This document shows, piece by piece, positions 1 through 9,845 of a stretch of DNA of 64,000 nucleotides; position 1 is the stretch's first letter; each line of letters opens with the position of its first letter. The position numbers and the translations under genes are program-made. This DNA is from Longimicrobiales bacterium. Its GTDB lineage: Bacteria; Gemmatimonadota; Gemmatimonadetes; Longimicrobiales; Gaopeijiaceae. Under the pieces are notes generated by a model, which searched no databases, had not been told where the DNA came from, and saw only the letters and a list, made by a program, of their open reading frames with translations. The DNA is taken from contig OZ250165.1 of NCBI GenBank assembly GCA_965238005.1, positions 2,880,001 through 2,944,000 on the forward strand. The letters run 5' to 3'.

Positions 1-379
1 TGTCGCGCACGCGCATGCGCGGGTTGAGGGACGCGAACGGATCCTGGAAGATCATCTGGACGTTGAGCATATAGGTCCTGAGTTCGGCGGGCGCCATCTC
101 CGCCACCGCCTTTCCGCGGTAGAGGAGGCGGCCCTCGGTGGCCGTCAGAATGCCGGCGACCACGCGCCCCAGGGTCGACTTGCCGCAACCCGACTCGCCG
201 ACGAGGCCCACCACCTCGCCCGGGCGCACCGCCAGGTCCACGCCGTCCACGGCATGCACCGTCTCCTCCCGTATCCCCGCGCCCAGGCGCGCCGCCAGCT
301 TCGCCGCGACATCCAGCCGGCGCACGAAGCGCTTGGAGACCCTCTCGAGCTCGATCAGCGGTGCCGCGGGCGCGCTCAT
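1..379 (-). CDS. Oligopeptide/dipeptide ABC transporter ATP-binding subunit (DppF/OppF-like), 3' end outside window
   Basis: Manual translation from ATG at 379: Walker [16 protein letters not shown] and [21 protein letters not shown] overlap with upstream ATPase stop. Confidence 0.9.
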   Translation of the reverse strand, partial: MSAPAAPLIELERVSKRFVRRLDVAAKLAARLGAGIREETVHAVDGVDLAVRPGEVVGLVGESGCGKSTLGRVVAGILTATEGRLLYRGKAVAEMAPAELRTYMLNVQMIFQDPFASLNPRMRVRD

Positions 380-1362
380 GCCTCGACGGACTCCAGGTGC
401 GGGTGAAAGCAGGCGGCCAGACGGCCCGGCGCGTGCGCGATCATGTCAGGCACGAGATTGCAGGCGTCAGAGGCGCGGGGGCAGCGCGCGCGAAACGCGC
501 AGCCTACGGGCAAGCTCCGAAGCGACGGCGCCATGCCGGGGATCTGTTGAAGACGCCGGCCGCGTGTGTTGTTGCTGGGCACCGAGCCGATGAGGCCCAC
601 CGTATAGGGGTGGAGCGGCCTGTCCAGGACGTCGTCCACCCCGCCCTGCTCGACGATCCTGCCCGCGTACATGACGCAGACGTTGTCGGCGAGCCCGGCA
701 ATCACCGAGAGGTCGTGGGTGATCCAGATGAGAGCGGTGCCGTGCTCCCGGCACAGCTTCTGCACCTCGAACAGGATCTGCGCCTGTATCGTCACGTCAA
801 GAGCCGTCGTGGGCTCGTCGGCGATGATCAGATCCGGGCGATGCAGCATGGCGATGGCGATGGCGACGCGCTGGCGCATGCCGCCGGAGAACTGGTGCGG
901 ATAGGCCTTGAGACGCTCGTCCGGCGAGGCGATCCCCACCATGGACAGTGCCTCGCGGCAGCGTTCGCGGGCCGTCTCACGGCCGACGGCCGTGTGCGCC
1001 AGGACCGCCTCCATCATCTGCGTATCGATCCTGAGGACGGGGTTGAGGGTCATCATCGGGTCCTGGAAGATCATCGCGATCCGGGCGCCGCGCAGGCCGC
1101 GCAGGCACTCCTCGGGCGCCGCGACCAAGTCATCGCCGTGGAACAGAATGCGGCCCTCGACGATGCGGCCCGGCGAGTCCACGAGGCCGAGGATGGAGAA
1201 GCCTGTCACCGACTTTCCCGAGCCGGACTCCCCCACGAGGCCCAGGATCTCTCCTCGATCCACGGAAAAGTTCACCCCATCCACCGCGCGCACGACGCCG
1301 TCGCGGGTGAAGAAGTGCGTTCTGAGGTCGTGGACCTCGAGTGTGGGCGCGCCACCGCTCAC
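376..1362 (-). CDS. Oligopeptide/dipeptide ABC transporter ATP-binding subunit (DppD/OppD-like)
   Basis: [28 protein letters not shown] and C-terminal Cys motif GCAFRARC. Confidence 0.95.
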   Translation of the reverse strand: MSGGAPTLEVHDLRTHFFTRDGVVRAVDGVNFSVDRGEILGLVGESGSGKSVTGFSILGLVDSPGRIVEGRILFHGDDLVAAPEECLRGLRGARIAMIFQDPMMTLNPVLRIDTQMMEAVLAHTAVGRETARERCREALSMVGIASPDERLKAYPHQFSGGMRQRVAIAIAMLHRPDLIIADEPTTALDVTIQAQILFEVQKLCREHGTALIWITHDLSVIAGLADNVCVMYAGRIVEQGGVDDVLDRPLHPYTVGLIGSVPSNNTRGRRLQQIPGMAPSLRSLPVGCAFRARCPRASDACNLVPDMIAHAPGRLAACFHPHLESVEA

Positions 1363-1657
1363 GCCTTGAGCCTCGGGTTCAGCATATTGCGGAGCTGGTC
1401 GCCCACCAGGTTGATGCTGACGATGGTGATGACCAGCGCGATGCCGGGGAAGAAGCAGATCCAGCAGCGGCCCGGCAGCACGTACTCGAAGCCGTTGCGA
1501 ATGAACATGCCCAGCTCGGTTCGGTCTGCGGGACGCCGAGGCCGAGGATCGCCGCCAGCGTGAGCGCCACCAGGATCGCGGGGAAGCTCAACTGGAGGTC
1601 GACCAGGCGCATGGGCAGACTCTGCAGGTGGCCCCGGAAATAAGCGGCGGTGAGCCA
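1359..1657 (-). pseudogene. Remnant of DppC-like ABC permease (5' loss, internal deletion, frameshift)
   Basis: LTAAYF..MRLVDLQLSFPAILVAL joined directly to LGVPQTEPS, then in another frame LGMFIRNGF..INLVGDQLRNMLNPRL; matches non-adjacent parts of the intact permease at 7397-8320. Confidence 0.85.
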
Positions 1658-1668
1658 TCTACGGCAAC

Positions 1669-1766
1669 ATGCTAGCCGGCGACGACATCGCCGAAAACGT
1701 CAACTTCGTCGTGCCGTACCGCCGCACGTCAACATTGACACGATAGAAGTCATGCCGACGGAGCAT
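1669..1766 (+). pseudogene. C-terminal fragment of YdfG-type short-chain dehydrogenase
   Basis: LAGDDIAENVNFVV / PPHVNIDTIEVMPTE with one frameshift; resembles the typical SDR C-terminus. Confidence 0.6.
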
Positions 1767-1818
1767 CGCACTGCCGGCTTACGGTACGGCTCACCAGAGA
1801 CGTAACGCGGCGCGCGTC

Positions 1819-3672
1819 TCATCGCACGCAGATCGGCAAAGAGACGTGCGACGCCGCAGCCGCCGACCGCAGGATCCGGAGTCGGGGCGGCCGGCCGTCG
1901 GGGATGCGCGAGAAATGGTCTCGGTCGGCGGCCGCGATCGCGACGCGGATGCGGTGTCCGCGCGCAAATAGGTAAGAGGTCGGAAAGAGCTCGAACGCGA
2001 GCATCTCGGGCTCGTCTGGCGTCATAAGGCGCGCATCGGCGTGCGTGAACGTGTGCGTCGGTCCGGTCGCCGGGATCGTCGGCGGATTAGGGCCAGGCTG
2101 GCGGTGGAGCGCGCGGAATACACCTTCCGTCACATAGCGGCAACGGCCGGCGGGATCAACATCCGCTAGATAGACGAAGAGCGCGGCGTCGAGCTCGGAC
2201 GCGGTGAGATGCAGGTGCGCGGTAGGATGGCCGGTGACCTCCGTTGGCGCGTCGAGCGGCGCGCCGGTGTAGGTCAGCATACGCGCGTCGCGGCCGTGCC
2301 AGTCGTCGTAATAGGTCTCGACGAGGGCCCCATGCAGGCGGTCGTAGCGGGTGTGGGCGCCGGTGCCGCACCCATAGTCGGCGAGATAGGTGTCTGCCGC
2401 GTCCGCGGAGGTCGGTGGCTGAAGCGATAGGCCGCCGGCTTCGGCAAAATAGAACGGCGTCTGATGAGCCTGCGGAGGTGGCCACGTGTCTGCGGCGCGC
2501 CAGCATTCGGCCGCCATCGTGTAGTAGTGCACTGGCGATTCGGCGGCGAGGCCCGCGTCGCTGGCTTTCAGGTGTAGGTCGAAAAAGCGCACGTATTCGC
2601 CCATTAGGTTGAAGCGTGGCGTCTGTTCCGACCGCCACGGGCTGACATTGGTGCGGGCGGCGTGGTCCCAGGGGCCGATCAGGAGCCTCGTTGCCGGGTT
2701 CTCGAGCCACAGGAAGCGCTGGACGGCGCCCGTCGCGAAGCCGCCGCCGTCCAGCCAGCCGGAGACGCAGTAGTATGCGGTCTGCGCGTCGACGGCGCGG
2801 CTGGCGTAGCCGTAGGGGCTGATGGCGGCGCTGGTATAGTCCGGGTTGTCGCTCAGCCCGGCATCACGGAAACGTAACTGTTGCGTGAAATCGGCGAAGT
2901 TGTAGTTGGCAGCATGCTCGGCCAACGCCGCGGCCAAGGCCGTACCGTCGGGGTCGTCGTCGACCGGTGCTGGGCCGTCATGATCGGCGCCGTCGAAAAG
3001 GTGGAACTGCTCCATCAGCGCGCGGTCGTCGAGGTCGAGGGCGCGGCTCATCGTGTCGTAGCTGACGAGCAGGTTGGTCATCAGCACGCCACCCGGATAG
3101 TGGTGGTTCGACCACGTGTCCCACACGGCAAAGCACGGGATCACTGCCTTGACGGCCGGATGACCCGTTGACGCGAGGAAGTCGGCGGCAGCGCCGGAGT
3201 AGGAGATCCCGACGGACCCGATGCGCCCGTCGCACCAGGACTGCGCGACGATCCAGTCGGCGATGTTGTAATAGTCCAGCCGCTCGCGCGGGGAGCGGAA
3301 TCCGTCGCGTGTGCCGAACGAGGCGCCGCAGCCACGAATGTCCACGACGACAAACGCGTAGCCGCGCGGCACGAAGGCATCGCGGAACCGCGCCGTACTG
3401 GGGCTGGGCTCGGTCTCGGGCGCATGGCCGGGCCGTAGGCGGAGGCGCCGGTAGTAGGGCGTGAACAGCACGATAGCGGGCAGCGGTCCGTCCGCACCCT
3501 GCGGCAGATGCACGTCGACGGCGAGTCGCGTTCCGTCGCGCACCGGCACATAGCGCGACCACCGCCGCACGCCGGCGTACGGCGGTGGATGAGCGGCGAG
3601 ATATTCGTCGGGCGTGACGAGCCACGCCTCGGCGCCTTCACCCTGTCTGATCGAGCCGGCCACGAGTGTCAC
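1819..3672 (-). CDS. CocE/NonD family serine hydrolase (peptidase S15-like)
   Basis: RDGTRLAVDV, TPY, nucleophile motif GISYSG, IGPWDH, C-terminal PepX_C-like region. Confidence 0.9.
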   Translation of the reverse strand: MTLVAGSIRQGEGAEAWLVTPDEYLAAHPPPYAGVRRWSRYVPVRDGTRLAVDVHLPQGADGPLPAIVLFTPYYRRLRLRPGHAPETEPSPSTARFRDAFVPRGYAFVVVDIRGCGASFGTRDGFRSPRERLDYYNIADWIVAQSWCDGRIGSVGISYSGAAADFLASTGHPAVKAVIPCFAVWDTWSNHHYPGGVLMTNLLVSYDTMSRALDLDDRALMEQFHLFDGADHDGPAPVDDDPDGTALAAALAEHAANYNFADFTQQLRFRDAGLSDNPDYTSAAISPYGYASRAVDAQTAYYCVSGWLDGGGFATGAVQRFLWLENPATRLLIGPWDHAARTNVSPWRSEQTPRFNLMGEYVRFFDLHLKASDAGLAAESPVHYYTMAAECWRAADTWPPPQAHQTPFYFAEAGGLSLQPPTSADAADTYLADYGCGTGAHTRYDRLHGALVETYYDDWHGRDARMLTYTGAPLDAPTEVTGHPTAHLHLTASELDAALFVYLADVDPAGRCRYVTEGVFRALHRQPGPNPPTIPATGPTHTFTHADARLMTPDEPEMLAFELFPTSYLFARGHRIRVAIAAADRDHFSRIPDGRPPRLRILRSAAAASHVSLPICVR

Positions 3673-3810
3673 GCGTCCAGCTGGTTCTTGTGGAACGCAC
3701 CGCCGGCATGGCGGAGGGTGGTGAAGCCGCGGTCGAGGATGGCGCGCATGGTAGCGACCGCGCCCGCCACCATCAGCGTCAGCGGCACCTCAGCCAGCTT
3801 CCGCACTTGA
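3669..3810 (-). pseudogene. Remnant of metal-dependent amidohydrolase (Xaa-Pro dipeptidase-like)
   Basis: VPLTLMVAGAVATMRAILDRGFTTLRHAGGA fused directly to a C-terminal FHKNQLDA*; stop overlaps the CocE start (GTGA). Confidence 0.65.
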
Positions 3811-3946
3811 GCTCGGACGCTCGACGACAAGGCCGTTGCGGAACACGATTGGCACCGCCATTTAGGAATCCCCCGGCGTTTTGCTACCGTTCTATGCGGT
3901 GATCCGTCGTGTTTGGCCAGCCGCCGCCGGCGCCAAAGCGAAAGAG

Positions 3947-3974
3947 TAGTATACTGTATCCAGTTGATTGTCAA
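3947..3974 (-). promoter_or_regulatory. Putative sigma70 promoter/operator, paralogous to 9743-9771
   Basis: Minus strand TTGACAATCAACTGGATACAGTATACTA, 23/28 identical to the site at 9743. Confidence 0.6.
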
Positions 3975-4074
3975 AAACCGCTTGGCCGGTTGTGTAGCCT
4001 TGTCGGCGATTGACTCGTCCTCCAAACCTCCCAAAGATGGACAGCGAGAATGCAACCATGAGGAGAATGCAACA

Positions 4075-4923
4075 ATGATTAGGTCCAGCGTCGCGATCGC
4101 CGACAAGCATCCGAGGCTGAAGGCCCCCGCGGGCGCCTGCGATACGCATATGCATTTCTATGACGCCAAGTACCCGAGTGCACCGAATGCCATAATCACG
4201 CCGCCAGACGCCCGGATCGCCGACTACCGCAAGGTTCAGGAGCGCTTGGGCCTGCAAAGGGTCGTCGTAGTTCAGCCGTCTACCTACGGCCTCGACAACG
4301 CCTGCCAACTCGAGGCCATGAAGGGCTTCGGCGCCGACGCCCGAGGAGTCATGGTTGCCAACCGCAGCACCTCGGACGCAGAACTCGACCGGCTCACCAG
4401 ACTAGGTGTCCGCGGTGTCTTCTTTCTCATGCTGCAGCACGGCGCGCTGCAGTGGGACATCCTGGAGGAGATGGCGGCGCGGGTGCATACCTTCGGCTGG
4501 CATGTCCAGCTTCAGATGAATGGCCGCGCTTTCCCCGAGCGCCTGGCCATGCTCAAACGCCTGCCGGGCACCCTGGTCATCGACCACGTGGGACGGTTCA
4601 TGGGGCCGGTGACGATCGATCATCCCAGCTTCAAAGCCCTTCGCGAGCTGATCGATGGGGGGCGGTGTTGGGTCAAGCTGTCGGCGGCCTATGCATTTTC
4701 GGAGGAAGGACCGCCGAGATATAGCGATACTGCGGCGCTAGCCAGAGTTCTTGTCCAATCCGCGCCCGAACGTATGCTGTGGGGCAGCAACTGGCCGCAC
4801 CCCAACGTAGAGTTCCCGCCCGACGATGCGGATCTGTTGGATCTACTTCTCGACTGGGTGGAAGGCGACACAATCCGGGACCGCATCCTCGCCTACAATC
4901 CTGCCGAACTCTACGGCTTTTGA
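4075..4923 (+). CDS. Amidohydrolase_2 family protein (LigI/lactonase-like)
   Basis: AGGAGA RBS; ACDTHMH, VQPSTYGLDN, IDHVG, WVKLS, WGSNWPHP. Confidence 0.88.
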   Translation: MIRSSVAIADKHPRLKAPAGACDTHMHFYDAKYPSAPNAIITPPDARIADYRKVQERLGLQRVVVVQPSTYGLDNACQLEAMKGFGADARGVMVANRSTSDAELDRLTRLGVRGVFFLMLQHGALQWDILEEMAARVHTFGWHVQLQMNGRAFPERLAMLKRLPGTLVIDHVGRFMGPVTIDHPSFKALRELIDGGRCWVKLSAAYAFSEEGPPRYSDTAALARVLVQSAPERMLWGSNWPHPNVEFPPDDADLLDLLLDWVEGDTIRDRILAYNPAELYGF

Positions 4924-4993
4924 TTCCCCCATCTCGCGGCGTTCAGTGCAAGCGTGGGATCTTCTTCCTCTTCAACGAAGCGGACGGAAAGGA

Positions 4994-5409
4994 TCGAATT
5001 CCCAAGTTCGAGTTATGACATTGGCACCGCAAGGGCATTTCCTTTCCACCCTAAATGCACGTAATTCGGAGATTATGCGCGCTCGAAACCCTTGAATGCT
5101 GTTCCCTGCGCGCCCCGGCAACGTTCACAGTGCCGATGACTGGGAAAACGTGCTGAAGCCAGTTGTCGTTCGCTACAAGGGGCGGAAGATGCGATCCAAT
5201 TCCGGGCGACGCGCATTGCCTCAGCGCGGTCTCGGAGGGGAAATGACGGGAGAGGTGTTTCCGAGGCGGAGATGATCGCCGAAATTGAGAAAAGAAGGCG
5301 GTTCGGGCCGCCAAGCTCTCCGCAGGGTCCGCAAGAAACGTCATGCCTGAATCCCTTGTGGGATTGGGTGCGACACAGATCGGTTTGGTGTCATCTGGGA
5401 AATGTTGGG
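4994..5409 (+). mobile_element. Internally deleted IS1380-family relic
   Basis: Fragment PGNVHSADDWENVLKPVVVRYKG at ~5113-5185; right end CATCTGGGAAATGTTGG resembles IS1380-family termini; left end uncertain. Confidence 0.65.
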
Positions 5410-5423
5410 GATAAAGCGAAGGA

Positions 5424-6377
5424 GTGCGTACGGTGACGACGATACGACGGTTGGCCATGACCACCCTAACCAATGGTATGGAACTGGCCCTGCACATTAA
5501 CGAAATTGCGGGTACACAGGGCGATGGGCCGACTCTGGGCATCTCGGCGGCCATCCACGGCGACGAGCCGACCGGTACCCACATGGTCCTGGAACTCGCC
5601 CGCCGCTATGGCGGCGGCGACTTTCGCGGTCGGCTGATGCTTCTGCCGGTGGCCAATCCTCTGGCCTTCGAGGCAAACAGGCGCAACACGCCGCTCGATG
5701 CGGAGAACATGAACCGGATCTTCCCGGGCGATGTTGGCGGCCGGATCACCGAGCAGCTGGCAGCGCTGATCACCGCCGAGTTCCTGGATAGGATCGACGT
5801 CTATGTCGATATTCACACGGCCGCCCAGCCGACCGTCGACTACGTCTTCATCTTCAACGCCGAGGACCTGTCGCGCAGCTTCGGGTCCCGCGTCCTCTAC
5901 CGTCCCCAAGCGGGCCGTTCCGGCGCTGTCTACGAGGGTGTATCCACATCGGTGACCCTGGCCCGCGGCGTGCCGTCGGTGACGGTCGAGCTGGGCGGCG
6001 GCCTGATCGACCAGAGCCCGTACGTCGCGCGCGGAGTCCCTGGCATCGAGAACATCATGCGCACCCTTGGCATGCTAGACGGCGAGCCCACGCGGCGGCC
6101 GGAACAGATCGTCGTTCGCGGCATGGCCATGGTGCGCCCCAAGGCCGGCGGGTTCCTGTATACGGAGGCGCCGCCGCTCGGCAAGGAGATCGCCGGCGGG
6201 GCGATCCTCGGCCGGGTGGTCAGCCCGTATACATTCGAGGAGCTGGAGGTGATCCCGAACCCCGTCGACCAGGGGATCATGATCCTCTCGCATCTGACCA
6301 CCGACCTGGTGCAACCGGGCGAGGACGGTTACATGGTCGGCGACCTGGCGGGGTGCGAGCGCTCGGGCGGGGTCTAG
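5424..6377 (+). CDS. Succinylglutamate desuccinylase/aspartoacylase (M14) family protein
   Basis: Zn motif IHGDE, NRIFPG, DIHT, VELGGG; start could be 5433 or 5457. Confidence 0.88.
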   Translation: MRTVTTIRRLAMTTLTNGMELALHINEIAGTQGDGPTLGISAAIHGDEPTGTHMVLELARRYGGGDFRGRLMLLPVANPLAFEANRRNTPLDAENMNRIFPGDVGGRITEQLAALITAEFLDRIDVYVDIHTAAQPTVDYVFIFNAEDLSRSFGSRVLYRPQAGRSGAVYEGVSTSVTLARGVPSVTVELGGGLIDQSPYVARGVPGIENIMRTLGMLDGEPTRRPEQIVVRGMAMVRPKAGGFLYTEAPPLGKEIAGGAILGRVVSPYTFEELEVIPNPVDQGIMILSHLTTDLVQPGEDGYMVGDLAGCERSGGV

Positions 6378-6462
6378 GTGTCGTTGCCATGAGGGTTGTT
6401 CATCCGAGGGCTGGGTGTGAGGCTGTTGACGTGAACATCCTGTGGCACGAGGAAATTTCGCC

Positions 6463-7212
6463 ATGATCGTTACCGACCTTTCAGGCAAGACGGCCATCGT
6501 CACCGGCGGCGCCTCCGGCATGGGGCTCGCGGCGGCGGGGCTTCTGCACGAGGCGGGGGTGAGTGTGGCCGTTAATTTCCTCCCCGACGATCCGCGGGGG
6601 CCGGAGGCGGTGGCCCGCCTCGGCGACGACACCATCGCCGCGCCGGGCGACGTGGCGGACCCCGAGGACGCCGGGAGCATGATCGGGACGGCGATCGCCG
6701 GCCTCGGGCGGCTCGACATCCTGATCAACAACGCCGGCACCCCGGCGACCGACGCGCCGATCCCGTTTGCCGATTTCGACGCCCTGACCGAGGCCCAATG
6801 GCAGGCGATTCTTTCGACCAAGCTGATTGGCGCGTTCCGCTGCGTCCGTGCCGCCGCCCCGGCGCTGACAGAGGCCGGCGGCTGCGTCGTCAACACCGCC
6901 TCCATATCGGGGTTCGGCGGCACCGCCAGCAGCCTCGCCTATGCGGCGAGCAAAGCGGCATTGATCAACCTGACCCGCAATCTCGCCAAGGCCCTGGCGC
7001 CCGGCGTGCGAGTTAACGCTGTGGCGCCCGGCCTGACCCGGACCCCATGGACCGACCCTTGGCCCGAGGAACGCAAGCGCGGCCCGCTGGCCTCCACCAT
7101 GCTGGGGCGCATGGTGGAGGCGGAGGAGATCGCCCATGCCATGATGTTCCTGTGCACCAACCGGGCGGTAACCGGGCAGACGGTGGTGGTCGACTGCGGG
7201 CTCATGTTCTGA
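6463..7212 (+). CDS. SDR family NAD(P)-dependent oxidoreductase
   Basis: TGGASGMG, NNAG, YAASK, VNAVAPG. Confidence 0.92.
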   Translation: MIVTDLSGKTAIVTGGASGMGLAAAGLLHEAGVSVAVNFLPDDPRGPEAVARLGDDTIAAPGDVADPEDAGSMIGTAIAGLGRLDILINNAGTPATDAPIPFADFDALTEAQWQAILSTKLIGAFRCVRAAAPALTEAGGCVVNTASISGFGGTASSLAYAASKAALINLTRNLAKALAPGVRVNAVAPGLTRTPWTDPWPEERKRGPLASTMLGRMVEAEEIAHAMMFLCTNRAVTGQTVVVDCGLMF

Positions 7213-7396
7213 TGCCGGCGCTGGCCGCGGCGGCTCAGGAGATCAGCAGCTTCCCCAAGGCGCGGATATCGGGAACCGCCTGCACAGACCACGCCTTGTG
7301 CATGAGCTCGACCGCAGGCGCCGCGCCGGCGACGGGTGCCCGATCGAGGGGCGTGTCGCGCTTCGAGGCCCTGATCCGCGGATGTCTCCTACGGGC

Positions 7397-8320
7397 CTAG
7401 TGCATCAGTCGTGGGTTCAGCACGTCGCGCAACTGATCACCCACCAGGTTGATGGATACGATGGCGATGAGGAGCGCGAACCCCGGGAACAGACTGATCC
7501 AGTAACGGCCGCTGAGCATGTAATCGAATCCGTTGGCGATGAGGAGGCCCAGGGATGGCTCCGTCGGAGGAACGCCGAGGCCGAGGAAGGACAGTGTGGC
7601 TTCGAGCGTGATGGAATGGGCAATCTGAACGGTTGCGACGACGATCAGCGGCGGCGCGCAGTTGGGCAGCAAGTGGCGGAAGACGATACGCCACTGCCCA
7701 AGGGCGAGACATGCTGCCGCATCCATGTATTCCCGGCTTCGCTCGACCAGCGCGCTGGCGCGCACCGTCCGGCAGTAATATGCCCATTGGACCGTCACGA
7801 GGGCGATGATCACCTTATCCACGCCCTGTCCCAGGAGCGCGAGTAAAATGAGGGCCACCAGAATAGTGGGGAAGCTCAACTGCGAATCGACGATCCGCAT
7901 GATGACCATGTCCACCTTGCCGCCGAAGTAGGCCGCAGAAAGCCCGGCGGTCACGCCCACGCCGAGCGCGAGGAAGCCGCTCATTCCGCCGACGAAAAGG
8001 CTTGTCCGCAGTCCGTAGAATATGGCGCTCAGCATGTCGCGCCCCTGGCCGTCCGTGCCCAGCCAGTAGGTCATGCCGCTGTAGGCCTTGGAGCCGGGCG
8101 GGAGTCGATTGTTCAAGATATCGAGCTTCGCCAGGTCGTAAGGGTCCGTCGGAGATATCCAGGGCGCGAAGAGCGCGATGAACAGTAGCGCGAGAAACAC
8201 AAAGAAACCCACCAACGCGAGCTTGCTTTCAGAGTAATCCGCCAGGAAGCGGCGAAACGGACTCTCGCTGGTCAGCGGGACTGAGGTGCCGGTCGAAGGC
8301 GTTGGCGATATTGCGCTCAT
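7397..8320 (-). CDS. Peptide ABC transporter permease (DppC-like)
   Basis: LGTDGQGRD, EAA-loop variant EYMDAA, RHLLPN, LSFLGLG. Confidence 0.93.
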   Translation of the reverse strand: MSAISPTPSTGTSVPLTSESPFRRFLADYSESKLALVGFFVFLALLFIALFAPWISPTDPYDLAKLDILNNRLPPGSKAYSGMTYWLGTDGQGRDMLSAIFYGLRTSLFVGGMSGFLALGVGVTAGLSAAYFGGKVDMVIMRIVDSQLSFPTILVALILLALLGQGVDKVIIALVTVQWAYYCRTVRASALVERSREYMDAAACLALGQWRIVFRHLLPNCAPPLIVVATVQIAHSITLEATLSFLGLGVPPTEPSLGLLIANGFDYMLSGRYWISLFPGFALLIAIVSINLVGDQLRDVLNPRLMH

Positions 8321-9294
8321 GCCTGTACCCTCGCGAGCCTGACCCGGGGATCCAAAAATACATACAGGATGTCGACGACAAGGTTGATGAAGATAAACAT
8401 GAGGACCGTGATCATGAGGTAGGCCACGATAATCGGTCGATCGAGAAGCTGGATGGAATCGATGATCAGCTTGCCCATGCCCGGCCAGGCGAAGATTGTC
8501 TCTGTTACGACCGCGAAAGCGATCACCGAGCCGAACTCGAGACCGAGAATCGTTACCACCGGAATCAAGATGTTCTTGAGCACGTGGGTGAAAAGCACCC
8601 GTCTCTCCCGGAGACCCTTGGCGCGCGCGAATTTTATGTAATCCATGGGCAGTGTCTCCCGCATGCCGGCCCGGGTCACGCGGACGACCAGCGACAGCTG
8701 GAAAAGAGCCAGATTGATCGCCGGCAGGATCAGGTGGGACAGGCCATCAAGCGTCAAGAAGCTGACCCGAACGCCGAACAGTGGAACGGTGTCGCCCCTG
8801 CCTGTCGACGGCAGCCACCCCAACTCGACAGAGAACAACATGATCAGGATGATCCCCACCCAGAAGCTCGGCATACTGAAGCCGAGGATGGAGCCAGCCA
8901 TGATCGTCCGTGCCGAAAAGGCGTCGGGCTTCAGACCCGCCCACATTCCCAAAGGAACGCCAAACGTGACTGCTATCAGCATGGCGAACAGGGCCAACTC
9001 CAAGGTGGCCGGCATCCTTTGCACGATGAGGTCCATCGCGGAGACACCGAACACGAAGGACTTCCCCATGTTCCCGCCAATGGCGTTCTTTAGAAAGATG
9101 ATATACTGCTCCCATATGGGATGATCGAGACCGAGGGCCTTGACGGCCGCCTCGTAGCACGCTTGGCCACAGTCCGGCGATACGAGAATGTCCACCGGAT
9201 TTCCAATGACGTTGACGCCGAAAAACACGATCAACGTCATGACGAAGACCACCAAGACGCTTTGCGATAAGCGGCCGATGATAAAGACCGTCAA
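8317..9294 (-). CDS. Peptide ABC transporter permease (DppB-like)
   Basis: PATLELA, DYIKFARAKG, ETIFAWPGMG, LDPRVR; TTG start at 9294 after GA-rich RBS (ORF open to 9315). Confidence 0.93.
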   Translation of the reverse strand: MTVFIIGRLSQSVLVVFVMTLIVFFGVNVIGNPVDILVSPDCGQACYEAAVKALGLDHPIWEQYIIFLKNAIGGNMGKSFVFGVSAMDLIVQRMPATLELALFAMLIAVTFGVPLGMWAGLKPDAFSARTIMAGSILGFSMPSFWVGIILIMLFSVELGWLPSTGRGDTVPLFGVRVSFLTLDGLSHLILPAINLALFQLSLVVRVTRAGMRETLPMDYIKFARAKGLRERRVLFTHVLKNILIPVVTILGLEFGSVIAFAVVTETIFAWPGMGKLIIDSIQLLDRPIIVAYLMITVLMFIFINLVVDILYVFLDPRVRLARVQA

Positions 9295-9399
9295 TTCCTT
9301 GTTCCCTCCCTTCATGCCACGCGCGGCGCGCTGGCCTCCAATGGCCGGCTGCCGCCTGCGGAAACTGGTTTCCTGTTCGACTTATGACATCCCGGAGCT

Positions 9400-9665
9400 C
9401 TTCCCCATTATCTGTTGCGGTCGGGGAGGCCGTGTCAATCCCCGTCCTTGACATGATTGGGCTCACGGTTGCCGCGTTGCAGGCGCTGGATTCCAGGCCG
9501 CGCACGATCGGTATCCTGGCGTCTCCGGGGGTCCGCCTCGCCGGCTTGGTCGAGGCGAAGTGCCGGGCGGCCAATCTCGCGATCGTCTACCCGGAGGGCG
9601 CCGACTACAGCGTCGTTCTCGACGTCTTTTGCGCCGCCAAGGCAGGAGGCGTCAGGTGTCGGTAG
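9400..9665 (+). pseudogene. Fragment of aspartate/glutamate racemase family gene
   Basis: EAVSIPVLDMI..IGILASPGVRLAGL; N-terminal half with the catalytic Cys motif is missing. Confidence 0.6.
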
Positions 9666-9742
9666 CACCTAATAGTTGTCCGTTTTTGTAGCACATCATT
9701 TGTCCGCTCCGGTTGGTTGGGTTGATCGGACTGCGCCGATTT

Positions 9743-9771
9743 TTGACAATATACGGGATACAATATACGAT
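9743..9771 (+). promoter_or_regulatory. sigma70 promoter with embedded direct repeats
   Basis: TTGACA-17 nt-TACGAT; CAATATACG occurs twice; 75 bp upstream of the binding-protein start. Confidence 0.75.
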
Positions 9772-9845
9772 CCTCCGAATTACGATCCCTCAAATTCGCT
9801 TTTCGCATGAGGGTCATTCTTAGCAATCCAACGGGAGGCAAATCG

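Noticed and set aside
361..1563. 400-aa plus-strand ORF
   Set aside because: Antisense shadow of the ABC ATPase and permease remnant; no motifs
6415..6440. GAGGCTGTTGAC, resembling an IS5-family end
   Set aside because: No partner repeat or transposase fragment found
7235..7390. Minus-strand peptide ELMHKAWSVQAVPDIRALGKLLIS*, perhaps a gene C-terminus
   Set aside because: Too short to assign to a family
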